This document shows positions 12,496 through 26,047 of a DNA stretch of 64,000 nucleotides, one piece after another. The stretch comes from Auanema rhodensis (lineage: Eukaryota; Animalia; Nematoda). Within the stretch, counting starts at the first letter, position 1. Every line of letters starts with the position of its first letter. The notes under the pieces were generated by a model. The model saw only the letters and a program-made list of their open reading frames with translations. It made no database searches and was not told the DNA's origin. The stretch spans positions 1,302,001 through 1,366,000 of the forward strand of contig CAXKVF010000073.1 of assembly GCA_964057225.1 (NCBI GenBank). Reading direction: 5' to 3'. A program made the translations under genes and the position numbers.

Positions 12496-14783
12496 CAAAG
12501 TCATGGTTACCATGAACCAATATCAATAAAAATTTGTTTTTAGACTAATATGGACATGGGGAATCTAATTTTGAAAACCGCATCTCTTTATCTTTCACGT
12601 GAAGCGAGTTACATACCAAGTGCACATCACGTGTACATTTAATTAGCATAAATTAAAGTTCACGTAAATTTCAAAGTCATGGTTACCATGAAGCAATATC
12701 AATAAAAATTTGTTTTTAGACTAATATGGACATGGGGAATCTAATTTTGAAAACCGCATCTCTTTATCTTTCACGTGAAGCGAGTTACATACCAAGTGCA
12801 CATCACGTGTACATTTAATTAGCATAAATTAAAGTTCACGTAAATTTCAAAGTCATGGTTACCATGAACTAATATCAATAAAAATTTGTTTTTAGACTAA
12901 TATGGACATGGGGAATCTAATTTTGAAAACCGCATCTCTTTATCTTTCACGTGAAGCGAGTTACATACCAAGTGCACATCACGTGTACATTTAATTAGCA
13001 TAAATTAAAGTTCACGTAAATTTCAAAGTCATGGTTACCATGAACCAATATCAATAAAAATTTGTTTTTAGACTAATATGGACATGGGGAATCTAATTTT
13101 GAAAACCGCATCTCTTTATCTTTCACGTGAAGCGAGTTACATACCAAGTGCACATCACGTGTACATTTAATTAGCATAAATTAAAGTTCACGGAAATTTC
13201 AAAGTCATGGTTACCATGAAGCAATATCAATAAAAATTTGTTTTTAGACTAATATGGACATGGGGAATCTAATTTTGAAAACCGCATCTCTTTATCTTTC
13301 ACGTGAAGCGAGTTACATACCAAGTGCACATCACGTGTACATTTAATTAGCATAAATTAAAGTTCACGTAAATTTCAAAGTCATGGTTACCATGAACCAA
13401 TATCAATAAAAATTTGTTTTTAGACTAATATGGACATGGGGAATCTAATTTTGAAAACCGCATCTCTTTATCTTTCACGTGAAGCGAGTTACATACCAAG
13501 TGCACATCACGTGTACATTTAATTAGCATAAATTAAAGTTCACGTAAATTTCAAAGTCATGGTTACCATGAACCAATATCAATAAAAATTTGTTTTTAGA
13601 CTAATATGGACATGGGGAATCCAATTTTGAAAACCGCATTTCTTTATCTTTCACGTGAAGCGAGTTACATACCAAGTGCACATCACGTGTACATTTAATT
13701 AGCATAAATTAAAGTTCACGTAAATTTCAAAGTCATGGTTACCATGAAGCAATATCAATAAAAATTTGTTTTTAGACTAATATGGACATGGGGAATCTAA
13801 TTTTGAAAACCGCATCTCTTTATCTTTCACGTGAAGCGAGTTACATACCAAGTGCACATCACGTGTACATTTAATTAGCATTAATTAAAGTTCACGTAAA
13901 TTTCAAAGTCATGGTTACCATGAACCAATATCAATAAAAATTTGTTTTTAGACTAATATGGACATGGGGAATCTAATTTTGAAAACCGCATCTCTTTATC
14001 TTTCACGTGAAGCGAGTTACATACCAAGTGCACATCACGTGTACATTTAATTAGCATAAATTAAAGTTCACGTAAATTTCAAAGTCATGGTTACCATGAA
14101 GCAATATCAATAAAAATTTGTTTTTAGACTAATATGGACATGGGGAATCTAATTTTGAAAACCGCATCTCTTTATCTTTCACGTGAAGCGAGTTACATAC
14201 CAAGTGCACATCACGTGTACATTTAATTAGCATTAATTAAAGTTCACGTAAATTTCAAAGTCATGGTTACCATGAACCAATATCAATAAAAATTTGTTTT
14301 TAGACTAATATGGACATGGGGAATCCAATTTTGAAAACCGCATCTCTTTATCTTTCACGTGAAGCGAGTTACATACCAAGTGCACATCACGTGTACATTT
14401 AATTAGCATAAATTAAAGTTCACGTAAATTTCAAAGTCATGGTTACCATGAACTAATATCAATAAAAATTTGTTTTTAGACTAATATGGACATGGGGAAT
14501 CTAATTTTGAAAACCGCATCTCTTTATCTTTCACGTGAAGCGAGTTACATACCAAGTGCACATCACGTGTACATTTAATTAGCATAAATTAAAGTTCACG
14601 TAAATTTCAAAGTCATGGTTACCATGAACTAATATCAATAAAAATTTGTTTTTAGACTAATATGGACATGGGGAATCAAATTTTGAAAACCGCATCTCTT
14701 TATCTTTCACGTGAAGCGAGTTACATACCAAGTGCACATCACGTTTACATTTAATTAGCATAAATTAAAGTTCACGTAAATTT

Positions 14784-17700
14784 CAAAGTCATGGTTACCA
14801 TGAACCAATATCAATAAAAATTTGTTTTTAGACTAATATGGACATGGGGAATCTAATTTTGAAAACCGCATCTCTTTATCTTTCACGTGAAGCGAGTTAC
14901 ATACCAAGTGCACATCACGTGTACATTTAATTAGCATAAATTAAAGTTCACGTAAATTTCAAAGTCATGGTTACCATGAACTAATATCAATAAAAATTTG
15001 TTTTTAGACTAATATGGACATGGGGAATCTAATTTTGAAAACCGCATCTCTTTATCTTTCACGTGAAGCGAGTTACATACCAAGTGCACATCACGTGTAC
15101 ATTTAATTAGCATAAATTAAAGTTCACGTAAATTTCAAAGTCATGGTTACCATGAACTAATATCAATAAAAATTTGTTTTTAGACTAATATGGACATGGG
15201 GAATCTAATTTTGAAAACCGCATCTCTTTATCTTTCATGTGAAGCGAGTTACATACCAAGTGCACATCACGTGTACATTTAATTAGCATTAATTAAAGTT
15301 CACGTAAATTTCAAAGTCATGGTTACCATGAACCAATATCAATAAAAATTTGTTTTTAGACTAATATGGACATGGGGAATCTAATTTTGAAAACCGCATC
15401 TCTTTATCTTTCACGTGAAGCGAGTTACATACCAAGTGCACATCACGTGTACATTTAATTAGCATAAATTAAAGTTCACGTAAATTTCAAAGTCATGGTT
15501 ACCATGAACTAATATCAATAAAAATTTGTTTTTAGACTAATATGGACATGGGGAATCTAATTTTGAAAACCGCATCTCTTTATCTTTCACGTGAAGCGAG
15601 TTACATACCAAGTGCACATCACGTGTACATTTAATTAGCATAAATTAAAGTTCACGTAAATTTCAAAGTCATGGTTACCATGAACCAATATCAATAAAAA
15701 TTTGTTTTTAGACTAATATGGACATGGGGAATCTAATTTTGAAAACCGCATCTCTTTATCTTTCACGTGAAGCGAGTTACATACCAAGTGCACATCACGT
15801 GTACATTTAATTAGCATAAATTAAAGTTCACGTAAATTTCAAAGTCATGGTTACCATGAACCAATATCAATAAAAATTTGTTTTTAGACTAATATGGACA
15901 TGGGGAATCTAATTTTGAAAACCGCATCTCTTTATCTTTCACGTGAAGCGAGTTACATACCAAGTGCACATCACGTGTACATTTAATTAGCATAAATTAA
16001 AGTTCACGTAAATTTCAAAGTCATGGTTACCATGAACCAATATCGATAAAAATTTGTTTTTAGACTAATATGGACATGGGGAATCTAATTTCGAAAACCG
16101 CATCTCTTTATCTTTCACGTGAAGCGAGTTACATACCAAGTGCACATCACGTGTACATTTAATTAGCATAAATTAAAGTTCACGTAAATTTCAAAGTCAT
16201 GGTTACCATGAACCAATATCGATAAAAATTTGTTTTTAGACTAATATGGACATGGGGAATCTAATTTCAAAAACCGCATCTCTTTATCTTTCACGTGAAG
16301 CGAGTTACATACCAAGTGCACATCACGTGTACATTTAATTAGCATAAATTAAAGTTCACGTAAATTTCAAAGTCATGGTTACCATGCACCAATATCAATA
16401 AAAATTTGTTTTTAGACTAATATGGACATGGGGAATCTAATTTTGAAAACCGCATCTCTTTATCTTTCACGTGAAGCGAGTTACATACCAAGTGCACATC
16501 ACGTGTACATTTAATTAGCATAAATTAAAGTTCACGTAAATTTCAAAGTCATGGTTACCATGAACCAATATTAATAAAAATTTGTTTTTAGACTAATATA
16601 GACATGGGGAATCTAATTTTGAAAACCGCATCTCTTTATCTTTCACGTGAAGCGAGTTACATACCAAGTGCACATCACGTGTACATTTAATTAGCATAAA
16701 TTAAAGTTCACGTAAATTTCAAAGTCATGGTTACCATGAAGCAATATCAATAAAAATTTGTTTTTAGACTAATATGGACATGGGGAATCTAATTTTGAAA
16801 ACCGCATCTCTTTATCTTTCACGTGAAGCGAGTTACATACCAAGTGCACATCACGTGTACATTTAATTAGCATTAATTAAAGTTCACGTAAATTTCAAAG
16901 TCATGGTTACCATGAACCAATATCAATAAAAATTTGTTTTTAGACTAATATGGACATGGGGAATCTAATTTTGAAAACCGCATCTCTTTATCTTTCACGT
17001 GAAGCGAGTTACATACCAAGTGCACATCACGTGTACATTTAATTAGCATAAATTAAAGTTCACGTAAATTTCAAAGTCATGGTTACCATGAACTAATATC
17101 AATAAAAATTTGTTTTTAGACTAATATGGACATGGGGAATCTAATTTTGAAAACCGCATCTCTTTATCTTTCACGTGAAGCGAGTTACATACCAAGTGCA
17201 CATCACGTGTACATTTAATTAGCATAAATTAAAGTTCACGTAAATTTCAAAGTCATGGTTACCATGAACTAATATCAATAAAAATTTGTTTTTAGACTAA
17301 TATGGACATGGGGAATCTAATTTTGAAAACCGCATCTCTTTATCTTTCATGTGAAGCGAGTTACATACCAAGTGCACATCACGTGTACATTTAATTAGCA
17401 TTAATTAAAGTTCACGTAAATTTCAAAGTCATGGTTACCATGAACCAATATCAATAAAAATTTGTTTTTAGACTAATATGGACATGGGGAATCTAATTTT
17501 GAAAACCGCATCTCTTTATCTTTCACGTGAAGCGAGTTACATACCAAGTGCACATCACGTGTACATTTAATTAGCATAAATTAAAGTTCACGTAAATTTC
17601 AAAGTCATGGTTACCATGAACTAATATCAATAAAAATTTGTTTTTAGACTAATATGGACATGGGGAATCTAATTTTGAAAACCGCATCTCTTTATCTTTC

Positions 17701-19535
17701 ACGTGAAGCGAGTTACATACCAAGTGCACATCACGTGTACATTTAATTAGCATAAATTAAAGTTCACGTAAATTTCAAAGTCATGGTTACCATGAACCAA
17801 TATCAATAAAAATTTGTTTTTAGACTAATATGGACATGGGGAATCTAATTTTGAAAACCGCATCTCTTTATCTTTCACGTGAAGCGAGTTACATACCAAG
17901 TGCACATCACGTGTACATTTAATTAGCATAAATTAAAGTTCACGTAAATTTCAAAGTCATGGTTACCATGAACCAATATCAATAAAAATTTGTTTTTAGA
18001 CTAATATGGACATGGGGAATCTAATTTTGAAAACCGCATCTCTTTATCTTTCACGTGAAGCGAGTTACATACCAAGTGCACATCACGTGTACATTTAATT
18101 AGCATAAATTAAAGTTCACGTAAATTTCAAAGTCATGGTTACCATGAACCAATATCGATAAAAATTTGTTTTTAGACTAATATGGACATGGGGAATCTAA
18201 TTTCGAAAACCGCATCTCTTTATCTTTCACGTGAAGCGAGTTACATACCAAGTGCACATCACGTGTACATTTAATTAGCATAAATTAAAGTTCACGTAAA
18301 TTTCAAAGTCATGGTTACCATGAACCAATATCGATAAAAATTTGTTTTTAGACTAATATGGACATGGGGAATCTAATTTCAAAAACCGCATCTCTTTATC
18401 TTTCACGTGAAGCGAGTTACATACCAAGTGCACATCACGTGTACATTTAATTAGCATAAATTAAAGTTCACGTAAATTTCAAAGTCATGGTTACCATGCA
18501 CCAATATCAATAAAAATTTGTTTTTAGACTAATATGGACATGGGGAATCTAATTTTGAAAACCGCATCTCTTTATCTTTCACGTGAAGCGAGTTACATAC
18601 CAAGTGCACATCACGTGTACATTTAATTAGCATAAATTAAAGTTCACGTAAATTTCAAAGTCATGGTTACCATGAACCAATATCAATAAAAATTTGTTTT
18701 TAGACTAATATGGACATGGGGAATCTAATTTTGAAAACCGCATCTCTTCATCTTTCACGTGAAGCGAGTTACATACCAAGTGCACATCACGTGTACATTT
18801 AATTAGCATAAATTAAAGTTCACGTAAATTTCAAAGTCATGGTTACCATGAACCAATATTAATAAAAATTTGTTTTTAGACTAATATAGACATGGGGAAT
18901 CTAATTTTGAAAACCGCATCTCTTTATCTTTCACGTGAAGCGAGTTACATACCAAGTGCACATCACGTGTACATTTAATTAGCATAAATTAAAGTTCACG
19001 TAAATTTCAAAGTCATGGTTACCATGAAGCAATATCAATAAAAATTTGTTTTTAGACTAATATGGACATGGGGAATCTAATTTTGAAAACCGCATCTCTT
19101 TATCTTTCACGTGAAGCGAGTTACATACCAAGTGCACATCACGTGTACATTTAATTAGCATTAATTAAAGTTCACGTAAATTTCAAAGTCATGGTTACCA
19201 TGAACCAATATCAATAAAAATTTGTTTTTAGACTAATATGGACATGGGGAATCTAATTTTGAAAACCGCATCTCTTTATCTTTCACGTGAAGCGAGTTAC
19301 ATACCAAGTGCACATCACGTGTACATTTAATTAGCATAAATTAAAGTTCACGTAAATTTCAAAGTCATGGTTACCATGAACTAATATCAATAAAAATTTG
19401 TTTTTAGACTAATATGGACATGGGGAATCTAATTTTGAAAACCGCATCTCTTTATCTTTCACGTGAAGCGAGTTACATACCAAGTGCACATCACGTGTAC
19501 ATTTAATTAGCATAAATTAAAGTTCACGTAAATTT
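14784..19535. repeat. 12/13-monomer higher-order duplication (period 2112 bp)
   Basis: C23T+C103T+A155T at 15136 and 17248; A30G+T77C at 16016 and 18128; A30G+T77C+G78A at 16192 and 18304; A20C at 16368 and 18480. The second copy has an extra T94C monomer at 18656. Confidence 0.8.
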
Positions 19536-21647
19536 CAAAGTCATGGTTACCATGAACCAATATTAATAAAAATTTGTTTTTAGACTAATATAGACATGGG
19601 GAATCTAATTTTGAAAACCGCATCTTTTTATCTTTCACGTGAAGCGAGTTACATACCAAGTGCACATCACGTGTACATTTAATTAGCATAAATTAAAGTT
19701 CACGTAAATTTCAAAGTCATGGTTACCATGCACCAATATCAATAAAAATTTGTTTTTAGACTAATATGGACATGGGGAATCTAATTTTGAAAACCGCATC
19801 TCTTTATCTTTCACGTGGAGCGAGTTACATACCAAGTGCACATCACGTGTACATTTAATTAGCATAAATTAAAGTTCACGTAAATTTCAAAGTCATGGTT
19901 ACCATGAAGCAATATCAATAAAAATTTGTTTTTAGACTAATATGGACATGGGGAATCTAATTTTGAAAACCGCATCTCTTTATCTTTCACGTGAAGCGAG
20001 TTACATACCAAGTGCACATCACGTGTACATTTAATTAGCATTAATTAAAGTTCACGTAAATTTCAAAGTCATGGTTACCATGAACCAATATCAATAAAAA
20101 TTTGTTTTTAGACTAATATGGACATGGGGAATCTAATTTTGAAAACCGCATCTCTTTATCTTTCACGTGAAGCGAGTTACATACCAAGTGCACATCACGT
20201 GTACATTTAATTAGCATAAATTAAAGTTCACGTAAATTTCAAAGTCATGGTTACCATGTACTAATATCAATAAAAATTTGTTTTTAGACTAATATGGACA
20301 TGGGGAATCTAATTTTGAAAACCGCATCTCTTTATCTTTCACGTGAAGCGAGTTACATACCAAGTGCACATCACGTGTACATTTAATTAGCATAAATTAA
20401 AGTTCACGTAAATTTCAAAGTCATGGTTACCATGAACCAATATCAATAAAAATTTGTTTTTAGACTAATATGGACATGGGGAATCTAATTTTGAAAACCG
20501 CATCTCTTTATCTTTCACGTGAAGCGAGTTACATACCAAGTGCACATCACGTGTACATTTAATTAGCATAAATTAAAGTTCACGTAAATTTCAAAGTCAT
20601 GGTTACCATGAACCAATATCAATAAAAATTTGTTTTTAGACTAATATGGACATGGGGAATCTAATTTTGAAAACCGCATCTCTTTATCTTTCACGTGAAG
20701 CGAGTTACATACCAAGTGCACATCACGTGTACATTTAATTAGCATAAATTAAAGTTCACGTAAATTTCAAAGTCATGGTTACCATGAACCAATATCGATA
20801 AAAATTTGTTTTTAGACTAATATGGACATGGGGAATCTAATTTCGAAAACCGCATCTCTTTATCTTTCACGTGAAGCGAGTTACATACCAAGTGCACATC
20901 ACGTGTACATTTAATTAGCATAAATTAAAGTTCACGTAAATTTCAAAGTCATGGTTACCATGAACCAATATCAATAAAAATTTGTTTTTAGACTAATATG
21001 GACATGGGGAATCTAATTTTGAAAACCGCATCTCTTTATCTTTCACGTGAAGCGAGTTACATACCAAGTGCACATCACGTGTACATTTAATTAGCATAAA
21101 TTAAAGTTCACGTAAATTTCAAAGTCATGGTTACCATGAACCAATATCGATAAAAATTTGTTTTTAGACTAATATGGACATGGGGAATCTAATTTCGAAA
21201 ACCGCATCTCTTTATCTTTCACGTGAAGCGAGTTACATACCAAGTGCACATCACGTGTACATTTAATTAGCATAAATTAAAGTTCACGTAAATTTCAAAG
21301 TCATGGTTACCATGCACCAATATCAATAAAAATTTGTTTTTAGACTAATATGGACATGGGGAATCTAATTTTGAAAACCGCATCTCTTTATCTTTCACGT
21401 GAAGCGAGTTACATACCAAGTGCACATCACGTGTACATTTAATTAGCATAAATTAAAGTTCACGTAAATTTCAAAGTCATGGTTACCATGAACCAATATC
21501 AATAAAAATTTGTTTTTAGACTAATATGGACATGGGGAATCTAATTTTGAAAACCGCATCTCTTCATCTTTCACGTGAAGCGAGTTACATACCAAGTGCA
21601 CATCACGTGTACATTTAATTAGCATAAATTAAAGTTCACGTAAATTT

Positions 21648-24600
21648 CAAAGTCATGGTTACCATGAACCAATATTAATAAAAATTTGTTTTTAGACTAA
21701 TATAGACATGGGGAATCTAATTTTGAAAACCGCATCTCTTTATCTTTCACGTGAAGCGAGTTACATACCAAGTGCACATCACGTGTACATTTAATTAGCA
21801 TTAATTAAAGTTCACGTAAATTTCAAAGTCATGGTTACCATGAACCAATATCAATAAAAATTTGTTTTTAGACTAATATGGACATGGGGAATCTAATTTT
21901 GAAAACCGCATCTCTTTATCTTTCACGTGAAGCGAGTTACATACCAAGTGCACATCACGTGTACATTTAATTAGCATAAATTAAAGTTCACGTAAATTTC
22001 AAAGTCATGGTTACCATGAACCAATATCGATAAAAATTTGTTTTTAGACTAATATGGACATGGGGAATCTAATTTCAAAAACCGCATCTCTTTATCTTTC
22101 ACGTGAAGCGAGTTACATACCAAGTGCACATCACGTGTACATTTAATTAGCATAAATTAAAGTTCACGTAAATTTCAAAGTCATGGTTACCATGCACCAA
22201 TATCAATAAAAATTTGTTTTTAGACTAATATGGACATGGGGAATCTAATTTTGAAAACCGCATCTCTTTATCTTTCACGTGAAGCGAGTTACATACCAAG
22301 TGCACATCACGTGTACATTTAATTAGCATAAATTAAAGTTCACGTAAATTTCAAAGTCATGGTTACCATGAACCAATATCAATAAAAATTTGTTTTTAGA
22401 CTAATATGGACATGGGGAATCTAATTTTGAAAACCGCATCTCTTCATCTTTCACGTGAAGCGAGTTACATACCAAGTGCACATCACGTGTACATTTAATT
22501 AGCATAAATTAAAGTTCACGTAAATTTCAAAGTCATGGTTACCATGAACCAATATTAATAAAAATTTGTTTTTAGACTAATATAGACATGGGGAATCTAA
22601 TTTTGAAAACCGCATCTCTTTATCTTTCACGTGAAGCGAGTTACATACCAAGTGCACATCACGTGTACATTTAATTAGCATAAATTAAAGTTCACGTAAA
22701 TTTCAAAGTCATGGTTACCATGAAGCAATATCAATAAAAATTTGTTTTTAGACTAATATGGACATGGGGAATCTAATTTTGAAAACCGCATCTCTTTATC
22801 TTTCACGTGAAGCGAGTTACATACCAAGTGCACATCACGTGTACATTTAATTAGCATTAATTAAAGTTCACGTAAATTTCAAAGTCATGGTTACCATGAA
22901 CCAATATCAATAAAAATTTGTTTTTAGACTAATATAGACATGGGGAATCTAATTTTGAAAACCGCATCTCTTTATCTTTCACGTGAAGCGAGTTACATAC
23001 CAAGTGCACATCACGTGTACATTTAATTAGCATAAATTAAAGTTCACGTAAATTTCAAAGTCATGGTTACCATGAACTAATATCAATAAAAATTTGTTTT
23101 TAGACTAATATGGACATGGGGAATCTAATTTTGAAAACCGCATCTCTTTATCTTTCACGTGAAGCGAGTTACATACCAAGTGCACATCACGTGTACATTT
23201 AATTAGCATAAATTAAAGTTCACGTAAATTTCAAAGTCATGGTTACCATGAACCAATATTAATAAAAATTTGTTTTTAGACTAATATAGACATGGGGAAT
23301 CTAATTTTGAAAACCGCATCTTTTTATCTTTCACGTGAAGCGAGTTACATACCAAGTGCACATCACGTGTACATTTAATTAGCATAAATTAAAGTTCACG
23401 TAAATTTCAAAGTCATGGTTACCATGCACCAATATCAATAAAAATTTGTTTTTAGACTAATATGGACATGGGGAATCTAATTTTGAAAACCGCATCTCTT
23501 TATCTTTCACGTGGAGCGAGTTACATACCAAGTGCACATCACGTGTACATTTAATTAGCATAAATTAAAGTTCACGTAAATTTCAAAGTCATGGTTACCA
23601 TGAAGCAATATCAATAAAAATTTGTTTTTAGACTAATATGGACATGGGGAATCTAATTTTGAAAACCGCATCTCTTTATTTTTCACGTGAAGCGAGTTAC
23701 ATACCAAGTGCACATCACGTGTACATTTAATTAGCATTAATTAAAGTTCACGTAAATTTCAAAGTCATGGTTACCATGAACCAATATTAATAAAAATTTG
23801 TTTTTAGACTAATATAGACATGGGGAATCTAATTTTGAAAACCGCATCTCTTTATCTTTCACGTGAAGCGAGTTACATACCAAGTGCACATCACGTGTAC
23901 ATTTAATTAGCATTAATTAAAGTTCACGTAAATTTCAAAGTCATGGTTACCATGAACCAATATCAATAAAAATTTGTTTTTAGACTAATATGGACATGGG
24001 GAATCTAATTTTGAAAACCGCATCTCTTTATCTTTCACGTGAAGCGAGTTACATACCAAGTGCACATCACGTGTACATTTAATTAGCATAAATTAAAGTT
24101 CACGTAAATTTCAAAGTCATGGTTACCATGAACCAATATCGATAAAAATTTGTTTTTAGACTAATATGGACATGGGGAATCTAATTTCAAAAACCGCATC
24201 TCTTTATCTTTCACGTGAAGCGAGTTACATACCAAGTGCACATCACGTGTACATTTAATTAGCATAAATTAAAGTTCACGTAAATTTCAAAGTCATGGTT
24301 ACCATGCACCAATATCAATAAAAATTTGTTTTTAGACTAATATGGACATGGGGAATCTAATTTTGAAAACCGCATCTCTTTATCTTTCACGTGAAGCGAG
24401 TTACATACCAAGTGCACATCACGTGTACATTTAATTAGCATAAATTAAAGTTCACGTAAATTTCAAAGTCATGGTTACCATGAACCAATATCAATAAAAA
24501 TTTGTTTTTAGACTAATATGGACATGGGGAATCTAATTTTGAAAACCGCATCTCTTCATCTTTCACGTGAAGCGAGTTACATACCAAGTGCACATCACGT

Positions 24601-25871
24601 GTACATTTAATTAGCATAAATTAAAGTTCACGTAAATTTCAAAGTCATGGTTACCATGAACCAATATTAATAAAAATTTGTTTTTAGACTAATATAGACA
24701 TGGGGAATCTAATTTTGAAAACCGCATCTCTTTATCTTTCACGTGAAGCGAGTTACATACCAAGTGCACATCACGTGTACATTTAATTAGCATAAATTAA
24801 AGTTCACGTAAATTTCAAAGTCATGGTTACCATGAAGCAATATCAATAAAAATTTGTTTTTAGACTAATATGGACATGGGGAATCTAATTTTGAAAACCG
24901 CATCTCTTTATCTTTCACGTGAAGCGAGTTACATACCAAGTGCACATCACGTGTACATTTAATTAGCATTAATTAAAGTTCACGTAAATTTCAAAGTCAT
25001 GGTTACCATGAACCAATATCAATAAAAATTTGTTTTTAGACTAATATGGACATGGGGAATCTAATTTTGAAAACCGCATCTCTTTATCTTTCACGTGAAG
25101 CGAGTTACATACCAAGTGCACATCACGTGTACATTTAATTAGCATAAATTAAAGTTCACGTAAATTTCAAAGTCATGGTTACCATGAACTAATATCAATA
25201 AAAATTTGTTTTTAGACTAATATGGACATGGGGAATCTAATTTTGAAAACCGCATCTCTTTATCTTTCACGTGAAGCGAGTTACATACCAAGTGCACATC
25301 ACGTGTACATTTAATTAGCATAAATTAAAGTTCACGTAAATTTCAAAGTCATGGTTACCATGAACCAATATTAATAAAAATTTGTTTTTAGACTAATATA
25401 GACATGGGGAATCTAATTTTGAAAACCGCATCTTTTTATCTTTCACGTGAAGCGAGTTACATACCAAGTGCACATCACGTGTACATTTAATTAGCATAAA
25501 TTAAAGTTCACGTAAATTTCAAAGTCATGGTTACCATGCACCAATATCAATAAAAATTTGTTTTTAGACTAATATGGACATGGGGAATCTAATTTTGAAA
25601 ACCGCATCTCTTTATCTTTCACGTGGAGCGAGTTACATACCAAGTGCACATCACGTGTACATTTAATTAGCATAAATTAAAGTTCACGTAAATTTCAAAG
25701 TCATGGTTACCATGAAGCAATATCAATAAAAATTTGTTTTTAGACTAATATGGACATGGGGAATCTAATTTTGAAAACCGCATCTCTTTATTTTTCACGT
25801 GAAGCGAGTTACATACCAAGTGCACATCACGTGTACATTTAATTAGCATAAATTAAAGTTCACGTAAATTT
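21648..25871. repeat. 12-monomer (2112 bp) tandem duplication
   Basis: C29T+G57A+A155T at 21648 and 23760; A30G+T77C+G78A at 22000 and 24112; C29T+G57A+C91T at 23232 and 25344; A20C+A107G at 23408 and 25520; C22G+C97T at 23584 and 25696. Confidence 0.82.
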
Positions 25872-26047
25872 CAAAGTCATGGTTACCATGAAGCAATATC
25901 AATGAAAATTTGTTTTTAGACTAATATGGACATGGGGAATCTAATTTTGAAAACCGCATCTCTTTATCTTTCACGTGAAGCGAGTTACATACCAAGTGCA
26001 CATCACGTGTACATTTAATTAGCATTAATTAAAGTTCACGTAAATTT

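Noticed and set aside
16088-16105. CENP-B box in T77C monomers (TTTCGAAAACCGCA)
   Set aside because: It has TTCG but lacks the correctly spaced A and CGGG of NTTCGNNNNANNCGGGN.
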